This document shows positions 1 through 11,500 of a stretch of 64,000 nucleotides of DNA, in pieces. The notes beneath the pieces are model-generated. The model did no database searches, was not told where the DNA came from, and was given only the letters and a program-made list of their open reading frames with translations. The translations under genes were made by a program, and so were the position numbers. Origin of the DNA: Squalus acanthias (taxonomy: Eukaryota). Every line of letters begins with the position of its first letter. Position 1 is the first letter of the stretch. Location of the stretch: the NCBI GenBank assembly GCA_030390025.1, contig CM059432.1:50656001-50720000 (forward strand), read 5' to 3'.

Positions 1-1568
1 GTATGAAGTATTTATATTCCACTTTTACTTCCCATACAGATCCTGGTGTGCCACACACCACTTGGAATCGTAAGGGCAGACCGGAGACCAGCTCCTAAGC
101 CCTTGACAACGCAACTTTCAAGTCTACAACTAGGAGTACAAAACAGCGACCCTACAATAACTTGGTCTGAATTTTCTCCCACAGTAGAGTGAACATAATT
201 ACGAAATCACATCGCACCACTATGCCACTATATAGCTTTCCTTTTTATTGTCTCTAGCATTCTCCCCCAACCCCCCCAATTTTGGATTATGGTCCAATTT
301 TTATTACTCTAATTAATTTTTGTAGCTGTTTAATTATCTCCTCATTCTCCTTTTCATGACGCTGCATTTATTGTTTATTTTTTTGTATTACAGATATATT
401 ATTTTATATATGTATCTGTAGCTATTTTCATTATTTAGCCTTTAATGTACATCTGATACATCCCAAGTTTGCTCAGATCAATTTAATCTTAGGCTGTAGT
501 TCTTGATATTCCAGTCCTGTGGATGTGTCTAATTCATCTTATTTGCTGTGGTTTTCAGGCAATTTTGTTGTTCTTGGTTCAATATCCCTGGATTATGTTA
601 TAAACTTGGTGTTTGCATCCCTTTTGCTTAGTTTACTGCTGCTAAACGCAACTACTTATTTCTTTCTGATGTATTGGTTTTGCCAGTGGGTGCATGTTTG
701 TTGTGTGTGGGATTGGTTGGGTTTGAGATGAAGGGAGAAACAGTGCAAGTTAACAGCTCTTATTCTTGCTATCATGTCTATAGGAAATAGTACATACATG
801 TCTGGGGATGATGAAGGTCCTTACCTTCTCCTCCACACTGTCTGTGAAGTTAATATAGGTGTTCACCTTCCTTGATATGGTTTTAGTTTCTCTTATCGTT
901 GAGGTATGTTGTAGGTTCGATATAGGTCACTATCTGGCGCACTCATCCTTTATGCAACCTCGCTGGGATGTGCTGTGCATCCCTACATTTTGTCTATGCT
1001 GCCCAGATGTTCATCGGGACTTTCATCATCCCTTGGGCCTTGATAGCTCATTCTTTGGGGAAGGGATAGCTGTGTTTCTAATTGTCGCTTGTGCTATACT
1101 GTATTTCTGGGAAGAGGGTAGCTGTGCTCAATTCTATGTTGTTCTTGGGGCTGTTATCAATTTCTTACCAGTTTTGCTTTTGGTGCTGGCGGGGGGAATG
1201 TGAGAGAGTAGCCTTGTAGACTTTTTGCCTCAGTACTGTGTTCGATTTGGGAGTGAGAGATAGGCATTATATTTTGATGGTAGTATCTGTTGTGTTGCTA
1301 TCTCTTTCATCCTTGATGCTATAGGAGCTGTGCTTCTACCTCACTTGTTACTTGTGCTGATTTGAAGATGATTTCCTATCCCTTGCTCCTGATGCTGTAT
1401 TATTATTTATATTGCTCCTGCTTCTCTTGCCCTTCGTGCAATGATATATTCCTAGGGATGGGATAGTTGTGCTTTCCTTGATGTGGTGCATACTTGTAGG
1501 TGAGGGGTAGTTGTGTACCTGCCTCTGGTGTAGTGGATACTCGGAGGGGTAGTTGTGTTCCTGCCCTG

Positions 1569-2201
1569 GTGCTGTCTGTGGCCGGTCCACTCGTGCTGTC
1601 TGTGGCCGGTATACTGACGCTGTATGTGGCCGGTCCACTCGTGCTGTCCGTGGCCGGTCCACTCGTGCTGTCCGTGGCCGGTACACTGACGCTGTCCGTG
1701 GCCGGTACACTGACGCTGTCCGTGGCCGGTACACTGACGCTGTCCGTGGCCGGTACACTGACGCTGTCCGTGGCCGGTACACTGACGCTGTCCGTGGCCG
1801 GTACACTGACGCTGTCCGTGGCCGGTACACTGACGCTGTCCGTGGCCGGTACACTGACGCTGTCCGTGGCCGGTACACTGACGCTGTCCGTGGCCGGTAC
1901 ACTGACGCTGTCCGTGGCCGGTACACTGACGCTGTCCGTGGCCGGTACACTGACGCTGTCCGTGGCCGGTACACTGACGCTGTCTGTGGCCGGTATACTG
2001 GTGCTGTCTATGGATGGTATACTGTTGCTGTCTGAAGCTGGTATGCTGGTGCTGTCTGAAGCTGGTATTCTGGCGCTGTCTGTGGCCGGTATACTGACGC
2101 TGTCTGAGGCTGGTATACTGGTGCTGTCTGAAGCTGGTATACTGGTGCTGTCTATGGCCGGTATACTGTTGCTGTCTGAGGCTGGTATACTGTTGCTGTC
2201 T
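1569..2201. repeat. 24-bp minisatellite (core unit GCTGTCCGTGGCCGGTACACTGAC, about 26 copies) at the start of CHMP4C intron 1
   Basis: Directly visible tandem array with a homogeneous core (~1690-1980) and diverged flanking units. It explains the repetitive ORFs 1348-1974, 1500-2324 and 1553-2035. Confidence 0.97.
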
Positions 2202-2211
2202 GGGCTCCTAC

Positions 2212-2413
2212 CTCTCTTGTTCTTGGTGCCGTTTCTCCGGGCGGTCTCCAGCTCTTTCTGGATCCTATTCTCCAGGTATTCCTGTTTCTTGGTCAACATC
2301 GCCTCGGTCTCCCGGAGACGATGAAGGGCTTCTTGTGGGCTCGGGCCCTGTTTCCTGGAGCGGGACGAGCCCGAGCTCGGGCCGCCCTTGAAGAAGTTTG
2401 CAAGTTTACTCAT
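2212..2413 (-). CDS. CHMP4C: Charged multivesicular body protein 4c (ESCRT-III, Snf7 family), coding exon 1; the rest of the gene lies left of the window
   Basis: ATG at 2413 gives MSKLANFFKGG...PSPQEALHRLRETEAMLTKKQEYLENRIQKELETARRNGTKNKR, then a phase-1 GTAGGA donor at 2211. This is a CHMP4 N-terminus; paralogue C is assigned from adjacency to ZFAND1. Confidence 0.92.
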
Positions 2414-2550
2414 AGCGATCGGCCGCCGCCGCCTCGAGCCGGACGGAAAAACAAGGAAGGCGCCGCGGCTCGCGCGACCGATCCGGAGGCACTTCCGGCC
2501 AAGCGGCTGTCGCTCGGTGCGGGGGCGGGGCGCCGGCGACAAAATGGCGG
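2414..2550. promoter_or_regulatory. Compact CpG-island bidirectional promoter shared by CHMP4C and ZFAND1
   Basis: 130 bp between divergent ATGs. ETS/GABP-type CACTTCCGG at 2490-2498, GC box GGGGCGGGG in 2521-2530, YY1-type CAAAATGGCGG at 2540-2550 overlapping the ZFAND1 ATG. Confidence 0.75.
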
Positions 2551-2598
2551 AGCTGGAGCTCGGGCAGCGGTGTGAGGTGCAGCAGTGCCGACAGCTCG
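2544..2598 (+). CDS. ZFAND1: ZFAND1 exon 1
   Basis: ATG at 2544, 55 nt, donor GTAGGA. Confidence 0.95.
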
Positions 2599-5500
2599 GT
2601 AGGAAGCTGGGAGGGGCAGCTGCAGTCACTCTCGGGCTTTCGTAAACGTTTTACTGTGTCGTGTCAACCGCGACGGGAATATCGAGGTGTATAAAATTAT
2701 GAGGGGCCTGGATAGAGTGGATAGGAAGCATCTATTTCCCCTAGCAGTGAGGTCCATAACCAGGGGGCATAGATTTAATGTAATTGGTAGAAGGATTAGA
2801 GGGGAGTTGAGGAGAACATTTTTTTCACCCAGAGGGTGGTGGGGTTCTGGAACTTACTGCCTGCATTTAAAAAGTACTTGGATATGCACTTGAATTATGT
2901 AATCTACAAGGCTACGAACCAAGAGTTGGAAAGTGGGGTTTGGTTGGATAGCTCTTTTTTGGCCTGCACAGACATGATGGGCTGCATAGCCTCCTTCTGT
3001 GCTGTAAATTTCTGTGATTCTATGAATATCTTTAATGTCTTACATTTAAGTCCTTTCAACAGGAAGCAGATGAATGTCACTCATCCCTCTGCAAGGATTG
3101 TGAGGATAATTATGGATGAGGGAGGCCATTATTGCCCATCCATCCAGAATGACCCTAAAGACCATTTCCAAAACCACGTTGTGGTCCAGTTCTTAAATAA
3201 TTTCAGGGTTTTGGTCTCCAACATTTTATCTGGGAATCTGTTCACTTGTTCATGATTTAACGTAATTTTCCTGATTTGACTTTGCCATACTGTTTACAAT
3301 CTTATATACTTCTCACAGCCAGACTCTGGAGCCACAGTCTGTCATGTCCAGAGAAGTGACTGATCTCCCCCACTGACCTAATGCTCAGGTGGATTCTGGT
3401 AGCAGTGCGTTCCTTGTATACTTCCAGCAGCTGTTTATTTTGTTCAAAAATGTATAGTTTGACTTTCTTCCAAGACAATAGCGAATCTAAGTTAGGATTT
3501 GTCACATTGTTTCACTTCTCCAGATCTTCTTGGCTCCAGCACTCTGTTCTTGGCTGAAAAGCCCAATTTGCTGTGCTGCCTCCGGTGACTGGACATGGTA
3601 CTGAATCTGTGGTCTGACCATAACACTACAGTTTGACATGAACTTCCTATGACTTTTATTCAAGTGCTTTGGCTGTGAAGTTTTAACATTCTGTTGGCTT
3701 TGTTGATTGCTGCTCTGCATTGATTGAGCATTCAGTCTACTAAAACTCCTAAGTCTTTTTCAACTTCACCCTTAGCTGTTTCAAAACCATTGATTGATAG
3801 AGTATGTGTGTTGCCCATTTTCCTTCCAATGTGTAGCACTCTACATCTGTCTTCATTTGACATTTTGGGCCAACTTACATATTTTATCCAGCTCATTTTA
3901 TAATTTCTGCACTGGCTCCTCTAATTCCACTGCTGTTTGGTATCGTCTGCATTTTTGACTAATTTATATTGGGTTTCTAAGCCTAAATCATTGATGTAAA
4001 TTAGAAATAGTAGTGGTCCTAACAAAGATTCCTGGGGCACCTCACTCAGTACTCTTCCCTCCTCGTCATTTAACTGCTCCAATAAGTACCTGTTGTTTTC
4101 TACCCTTCAGCCAATTTCTTATCCATATCCAAGGTTTACCCAGAATCCCTGAAGCTTTGAACTTAACTCATGCCTTTTCACGCAGAACAACTTCGACAGA
4201 TGCCTTCTAGAAGTCTAGACCCAACACTTTCAATGAGATTACCATAATCCATTTGGGATATTACGTCCTTAGTGAAGTCAAGGAATTTGGTCAAGCAGTA
4301 TCTTCCCCTTCTGAATCTATGTTGATCACTGCTAAGTGATTTATTATTGCATAGATTCAATTATTTTACACACAATTAAAATAAGACTAATGGTTCTATA
4401 GTTGCTTGAGACTGATTTGTTGGCCATTTTGAATATGGGTGCCACGTTGGTCTGTTTCCAATTGAATGTTATTTTCCCCCATGTCGAGTGACTCCCTCAT
4501 AATTGTCAATGTGTCTCAAATCTCCTTCCTAGTCTCTCTCAGCATTCAGATAAATAACCATCTATCCCTAAGAATTTTTTTTTTGGAGTCCTTTCACCCT
4601 ATTGAGGACTTTCATCTTTGTTAAGTCATTAATTTTGACTGGGATAACTCTGTGTGGGCATGTTGCTCATTATTTCCCTTTGATTACTTGGAGGAAGAAG
4701 TTATTTAGAAAAGTTTACTATCCTGTATTCATTAAGTTAAACTTAATCATTCTGTGGTGGATGTCCCCAGGGGTGCCACAAGTTCCTTTTTTTGGTACTT
4801 TAATTATTTACAAATACCAGGTCAAGATGAGCACTACCTCTTGTGGCTTCTCCAAAATACCCTGTATCTCTCCTGCTGGATTGTATTTGATCTTAAATAA
4901 GCAGTAAAAAATTGGAAGTCAGGGGTAGGGCAGGGAAATTACCATCTAAAATTCACCACACTCAAAGCGTGAAACTCAGCAGTACCTGATCGGAATGCAC
5001 TGGTGTGATTCCCTCTGCATGCACCCACACACACGTCCCAAACAAGGATATACATTTCTAGTCTTGTAGACAAATATGTAGACAAATATATAAAGTATGT
5101 TTATTAAACTTGTTTACTGGTAATTTGGCTCCAAAATCAAACTCATTATATATGTTACCAGATGATCATTAACCTTATTTTTTGGGTCAATTGTGAACTT
5201 TGAGAACTAACTCAATTTTTTTTTCTCCTCAGTATAATTGCGAAATAGTCACTCTAGGTAAACGCTAAAGTAATTTTAAGTGAATAACAAATATGCTGTC
5301 AAAGTAGCTGCTGAGTTTTGTTAAACTAACCAATATTCTCCAATCTTTCAGATTTTCTACCATTTGTTTGTGATGGCTGTTCAGGAACTTACTGGTACAG
5401 TATTGTTCATCAAAATAAGCAGCTACAATTGTAACTAGGAAAATACATTCTACAAATATAACAATAGGGATGATTCCTCTTTGTTCTTGCAATCTCTTAT

Positions 5501-8500
5501 TAAATATTGCAGTTGGTATACCATATATTCTTCCTTTTCTTTAGCCTTGAACATAGAAGTAAAGATGCTCATGGTTGTTCTGGGGTGAGTTTTTGTAGAT
5601 CATATGTGTGCATGTAGTATTTTATGCTTTTTTTGCATTAATGTGGGCTATAGATGGGTCACTTTCCCTATATTTAAATAGATCACAAAGAATCTTCTGT
5701 GTCATATTGTGCTGCAGGCCTCTGTTTGGAGTGTGCCAGACAATTTTGAGTGATAATTTTTAACTATACTTATTCCTGAATCAGATGGTTTAACTCTGTA
5801 TTAAGGCAACATTTAAGGTCCCCTTTTTATTGGTAAGTCTGAATCTAATTTTCCACTATGATTATAGAACTAACCATAGGCTTGTGCTAAATTTGACAAT
5901 GTTGCTCTGAGGCAAAAATGCCTGAGTGGTGCAATTCCAATGGTGCAATTCAGGGTGTGTTCTAGGTTTGGGTTGAGGCAAATTGTCATGACAACTGAAC
6001 GGAGGTTTTTATTGTATCTGCCTCATGTCATAATTATGTTATTGGGATTAAAGTGAGAAACGGTGTACATTGCAGCATCATTTGCACGTACCAATCATTA
6101 AAACTGTAAAACATGTTTAAATATATGCACATAATAACTAGGACAATGAATTTCCTGGTAAGACAAACTATTGTTTTCTTACCCTTTACTTTTAAAAGCC
6201 TCTCCCTTTCAGAGATGCACTACAAATTCACCGAACCATAAGTGAGTGGTAGTGGAGGTGAGGCGCTTCCCACAAGGATGGAAACTTAACGGGCAAGTTT
6301 CCCCACGTTACATTTGTACATCTCCTAATGGGCACTACAGCACAAATTTGGCAGGAAGCTGAGAGGTTATTACCTACTCTCTCACTTACTGACAAATGAT
6401 GCAGGATGTGAGGAACATAAAGTGGAAATCTCTTTAATGGAAAATTTTAAATTCCTGTCACCTGGCTTGCTATAATACTGCAAAAATTAGCAGCTATAAT
6501 GGTGACAGCAACAGAAGTATTCATATCCTTGTAAACATATGATATCAATTTGAATTGGAAAAACTGAAACAGAAAAAACTCTTTAACGTTTGTGTGTAAC
6601 CATCTACAGGATGCATTGCAGTAAAATAAAGACCATTTAATTACGGTTTCCACAGAATAATGGACAGAATTGTGGAATTGAATTGCCATGGCACCAGGAA
6701 AAGTCCCAGAATATAATTGAATAAAAATGAAATATAAATTATTCGGTCACTGTAAATCAGTGGTCACAATGTTATCCCCTACATGTCGTAAACACGCCTA
6801 TTCACTGAGCAACACAGTTAGAGATCTGCTAGTATGTAGTAACATTTAGAGTGCTACAGAGTGAAGGAGCTAAATATTTAAAGTCTGAAATTCAAATTTC
6901 AGGTATGTGTAAGAAAAGAACCTGTGAAATCTGAAGGGCCTTCATCTTACAACTGTACATACAAAAGCTGTAAGGCAAAAGAACTCTTGCCAGTAATTTG
7001 CTCGCACTGTGAGAAACACTTTTGTCTGGGGTGAGTATTTGTGTAAGCTGAATTCTGATACTGGTGTTGGTTAAGATTTGCACTTCAGTATGTTGATGTT
7101 TCTGTTTCTGTTTCAGGCATCGACACCAGTCAGATCACGACTGTGAAAAGCAGGAGGTGCCTAAATCACGTTTGGTTATCACTCAACAAGTAGCTAAAGA
7201 GACTGTTGGCAAGTACTGCATTACCTTTCATAAACAGCATAACCTTTCTATTGATTGTGGCCTGGCTACGAGTAAATTAATCTTTAGAGTCTGAACAAAT
7301 GCACAAAAAGCATACGTCGGCTTAGTTAAAACTAAAAATACAATAACAAATTGTACATTCCTAGTTGTAGTAGAACAGGAAATTATTAGCATTCTGTGGA
7401 TATTGTTTTCGTGTGCACTGATCCCTGGTCAAAGGGTGAGGCCAGACACACCCTTTTTGTTCAGGCCTTTTTCTAAAGCAACTGTAATCAGCTACTGGTA
7501 GGTTTATGACATAAGTGCAGTTTAACACTTTCCTACCATTTTGATGGAACACTTCATCTGTCCTGGCTGCAATCCTTAATTCACTGCATGGATAGTTGAG
7601 GATAATCTTTCATGTAATACTCAGCAGCACAAAACATCAACACCTGCATAGCCTATTTGGTTCTTCTCTTTGCAGTTATTATTATGATGCGGAGATGCCG
7701 GCGTTGGACTGGGGTGGACAAAAATGAGAAGTCGCACAACACCAGGTTATAGTCCAACAGATTTATTTAAAATTACAAGCTTTCGGAGCTGTCGCCCCTT
7801 CGTCAGGCAAAGTTACTGTGAGAGAATCTACCAGAATTCACAGAATATAAAAACACAGAGAAAATGCATAGATTAAATCTTTCCCTACATCAAAGACACA
7901 CTAAGAGCACAGCCAAGACAATGAGATGTGTCCCAGGGGGTCCAACGCGTCAGAACACCTGCTGGCTGCATATCCTCTCCATTTTTTGTGTTTGTTTCTT
8001 GTGTTTGTTTGGTTTTTTTTTTTTAAAACTGGGAAGACCGGCAACGATGTCAAGTCACGTTCTATAGCGTGACATGAACCCGATATCCCTATTGAGGCCG
8101 TCCTCATGAGTGCGGAACTTGGCTATCAGTTTCTGCTCGATGATTTTGCGTTGTCGTGTATCACGACGGCCGCCTTGGAGAACGCTAACCCGCAGATCCG
8201 AGGCTGAATGCCCTTGACTGCTGAAGTGTTCCCCGACTGGGAGGCAACCATCCTGCTTGGCGATTGTTGCGCGGTGTCCGTTCATACGTTGTCTCAGTGT
8301 CTGCATGGTCTCGCCGATGTACCATGCTCTGGGGCATCCTTTACTGCAACGTATCAGGTAGACAACGTTGGCCGAGTCACATGAGTATGTACCATGTACC
8401 TGGTGGGTAGTGTCCTCACGTGTGATGACGGTATCTGTGTTCATGATCTGGCATGTCTTGCAGAGGTTGCCGTGGCAGGGTTGTGTGGTGTCGTGGTCGC

Positions 8501-11500
8501 TGTTCTCCTGACAGCTGGGTAATTTGCTGCGAACGATGGTACTTTTGAGGTTAGGCGGCTGCTTGAAGGCGAGTAGTGGAGGCGTGGGGAACCCTATGTG
8601 AGAACCTCTCTGGGTACATCGAGGGCATCCTGAAACCCATCGTACAGGGAACCCCCAGCTTCTGTCGCGACACTACAGACTTCTTGCAGAAACTCAGCAC
8701 CCATGGACTAGTTGAACCAGGAACACTCCTCGCCACGATGGACGTATCGGCACTCTACACCAGTATCCCCCACGATGACGGCATCGCTGCGACAGCCTCA
8801 GTACTCAACACCAACAACAGCCAATCTCCAGACGCCATCCTACAACTCATCCGCTTCATCCTTGACCACAATGTCTTCACCTTCGACAACCATTTTTTTA
8901 CCCAAACACACGGAACAGCCATGGGGACCAAATTCGCACCCCAATACGCCAACATCTTCATGCACAAGTTTGAGCAAGACTTCTTCGCTGCACAGGACCT
9001 CCAACCAACGCTGTACACCAGATACATCGATGACATCTTCTTCCTTTGGACCCACGGCGAAGGATCACTGAAAGGACTACACGATAGCGTCAACAGGTTC
9101 CATCCCACCATCAAACTCACCATGGACTACTCCTCAGAATCGGTTTCATTCTTGGACACACGAATCTCCATCAAAGATGGACGCCTCAGCACTTCACTCT
9201 ACCACAAGCCCACGGACAACCTCACGATGCTCCACTTCTCCAGCTTCCACCCTAACCACGTTAAAGAAGCCATCCCCTATGGACAAGCCCTGCGAATACA
9301 CAGGATCTGCTCAGACGAGGAGGAACGCGATGGACACCTACGGACACTGAAAGACGCCCTCGTAAGAACGGGATATGACGCTCGACTCGTCGATCGACAG
9401 TTCCGACGGGCCACAGCGAAAAACCGCACAGACCTCCTCAGAAGACGAACACGGGACACAACCAACAGAGTACCCTACGTCGTCCAGTACTTCCCCGGAG
9501 CGGAGAAACTACGCCATGTTCTTCGCAGCCTTCAACATGTCATCGATGACGACGAACACCTTGCTAAGGCCATCCCCACGTCTCCACTACTCGCCTTCAA
9601 GCAGCCGCCTAACCTCAAAAGTACCATCGTTCGCAGCAAATTACCCAGCTGTCAGGAGAACAGCGACCACGACACCACACAACCCTGCCACGGCAACCTC
9701 TGCAAGACATGCCAGATCATGAACACAGATACCGTCATCACACGTGAGGACACTACCCACCAGGTACATGGTACATACTCATGTGACTCGGCCAACGTTG
9801 TCTACCTGATACGTTGCAGTAAAGGATGCCCCAGAGCATGGTACATCAGCGAGACCATGCAGACACTGAGACAACGTATGAACGGACACCGCGCAACAAT
9901 CGCCAAGCAGGATGGTTGCCTCCCAGTCGGGGAACACTTCAGCAGTCAAGGGCATTCAGCCTCGGATCTGCGGGTTAGCGTTCTCCAAGGCGGCCTTCGT
10001 GATACACGACAACGCAAAATCATCGAGCAGAAACTGATAGCCAAGTTCCGCACTCATGAGGACGGCCTCAATAGGGATATCGGGTTCATGTCACGCTATA
10101 GAACGTGACTTGACATCGTTGCCGGTCTTTCCAGTTTTTAAAAAAAAACAAACAAACACAAGAAACAAACACAAAAAATGGAGAGGATATGCAGCCAGCA
10201 GGTGTTCTGACGCGTTGGACCCCCTGGGACACATCTCATTGTCTTGGCTGTGCTCTTAGTGTGTCTTTGATGTAGGGAAAGATTTAATCTATGCATTTTC
10301 TCTGTGTTTTTATATTCTGTGAATTCTGATAGATTCTCTCACAGTAACTTTGCCTGACGAAGGGGCGACAGCTCCGAAAGCTTGTAATTTTAAATAAATC
10401 TGTTGGACTATAACCTGGTATTGTGCGACTTCTCAGTTATTATTAAGTTGCACAGTATGGACATGATATATTTGTTGCAGGGATAGGTGACAGTAAGTTT
10501 TATCTGCTCAAGCATAATCTTACTGGTTTTGAATGGGCAGGAAAATTATTAGCTCCGCCATCGTTGATACTGCTTTTTGCCTTTCTTGAATTAAATTGTT
10601 TTTTTAAATCAAAAAACAATTTAAAGTGTTTCCTCCATTACAACAGTGACTACACTTCAAAAAGTACTTCATTGGCTGTAAAGCACTTTGGGACATCCGG
10701 TGGTCGTGAAAGGCGCTTTATAAATACAAGTCTTTCTTTCTTTCAAAAGCCACTAATGCAGTCCCACTGAAGAAAGGAAGAAAAGGAGCAAAGAACAATG
10801 CAACTGCTGCAAAAGTGGCACTTATGAAGTTGAAGCTACATGCTGTTGGAGACAAGTCCATACCACAGGTTAATGTCAGCCTATTTAAGGTGAAATCTTC
10901 ATTGAAGTTTCCCTGATGGGGATAGTGCATATTGTGATAAGTTTCCTATTTTTTTTACATGATGTCTCTAGGCTGATTTTTAGTCTCTCTTATGTGCAGA
11001 CAGAGTGTAAAAATAGGCAGAGATCAGTCCCAGTAGGTCTCTGACCATTCTGTATGCTGATTGTATTCTTATGTGGGTTGGGCAGGTAGCACAAGTTCCT
11101 GCCAAAAATAGGTGAGTGTTTCATAATATTTAAATGAGCAGGGAAGTGGTATCATTTAGATGTTGTGATTTAGCATAGTTTACAACATGAGTACACTTGT
11201 TTCTCATCTTGCCCATATAACTTCTTCATCCAAGACATACCATTTGTGTGTCAAAGCATTTAAAGGGGCAACAGGTGCATTCTGAATTTGTTATTTTATT
11301 AACCCGTTATTCAAAATAAATTTCTATTACAATTCTCCGTGCTGTATATGAAAGGGGTTTGTAGGAGGGATTTTGGTGACTCTGGTTTTGACAAATTCCT
11401 GAACCGTTGGATAGGTGTCCATCTAGGAATTCACCTTTTATTTGACTTACTTGGCGAAAGAGGAAGAATGCAAGGATTGTAAGCAATACCATGCACAGAT

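Larger units (their letters stand above)
7685..10435 (+). mobile_element. Penelope-like retroelement, 5'-truncated, with an inverted copy of its 3' end (arms ~7725-8590 and ~9573-10435)
   Basis: RT plus GIY-YIG ORF, near-identical inverted arms, and target-site duplication CAGTTATTATTA at 7673-7684 and 10434-10445. Confidence 0.95.

Noticed and set aside
805..1032. 16-bp inverted repeat GGGATGATGAA(G/A)GTCC suggesting a box C/D snoRNA or ribozyme
   Set aside because: No properly placed box D or hammerhead core could be found. The region 1-1560 remains unclassified.
1569..2201. CRISPR-like array
   Set aside because: Contiguous tandem units with no unique spacers, no cas genes, and a vertebrate context.
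1348..2324. Long repetitive ORFs (208, 274 and 160 aa) as novel proteins
   Set aside because: They are reading frames through a stop-free 24-bp minisatellite in a CHMP4C intron.
2414..2629. N-terminal extension of CHMP4C in the 408-aa ORF
   Set aside because: Starts at a non-ATG codon and overlaps the promoter and ZFAND1 exon 1. Homology begins at MSKL (2413).
8055..8444. Stand-alone GIY-YIG nuclease gene
   Set aside because: It is the inverted duplicate of the Penelope ORF 3' end.
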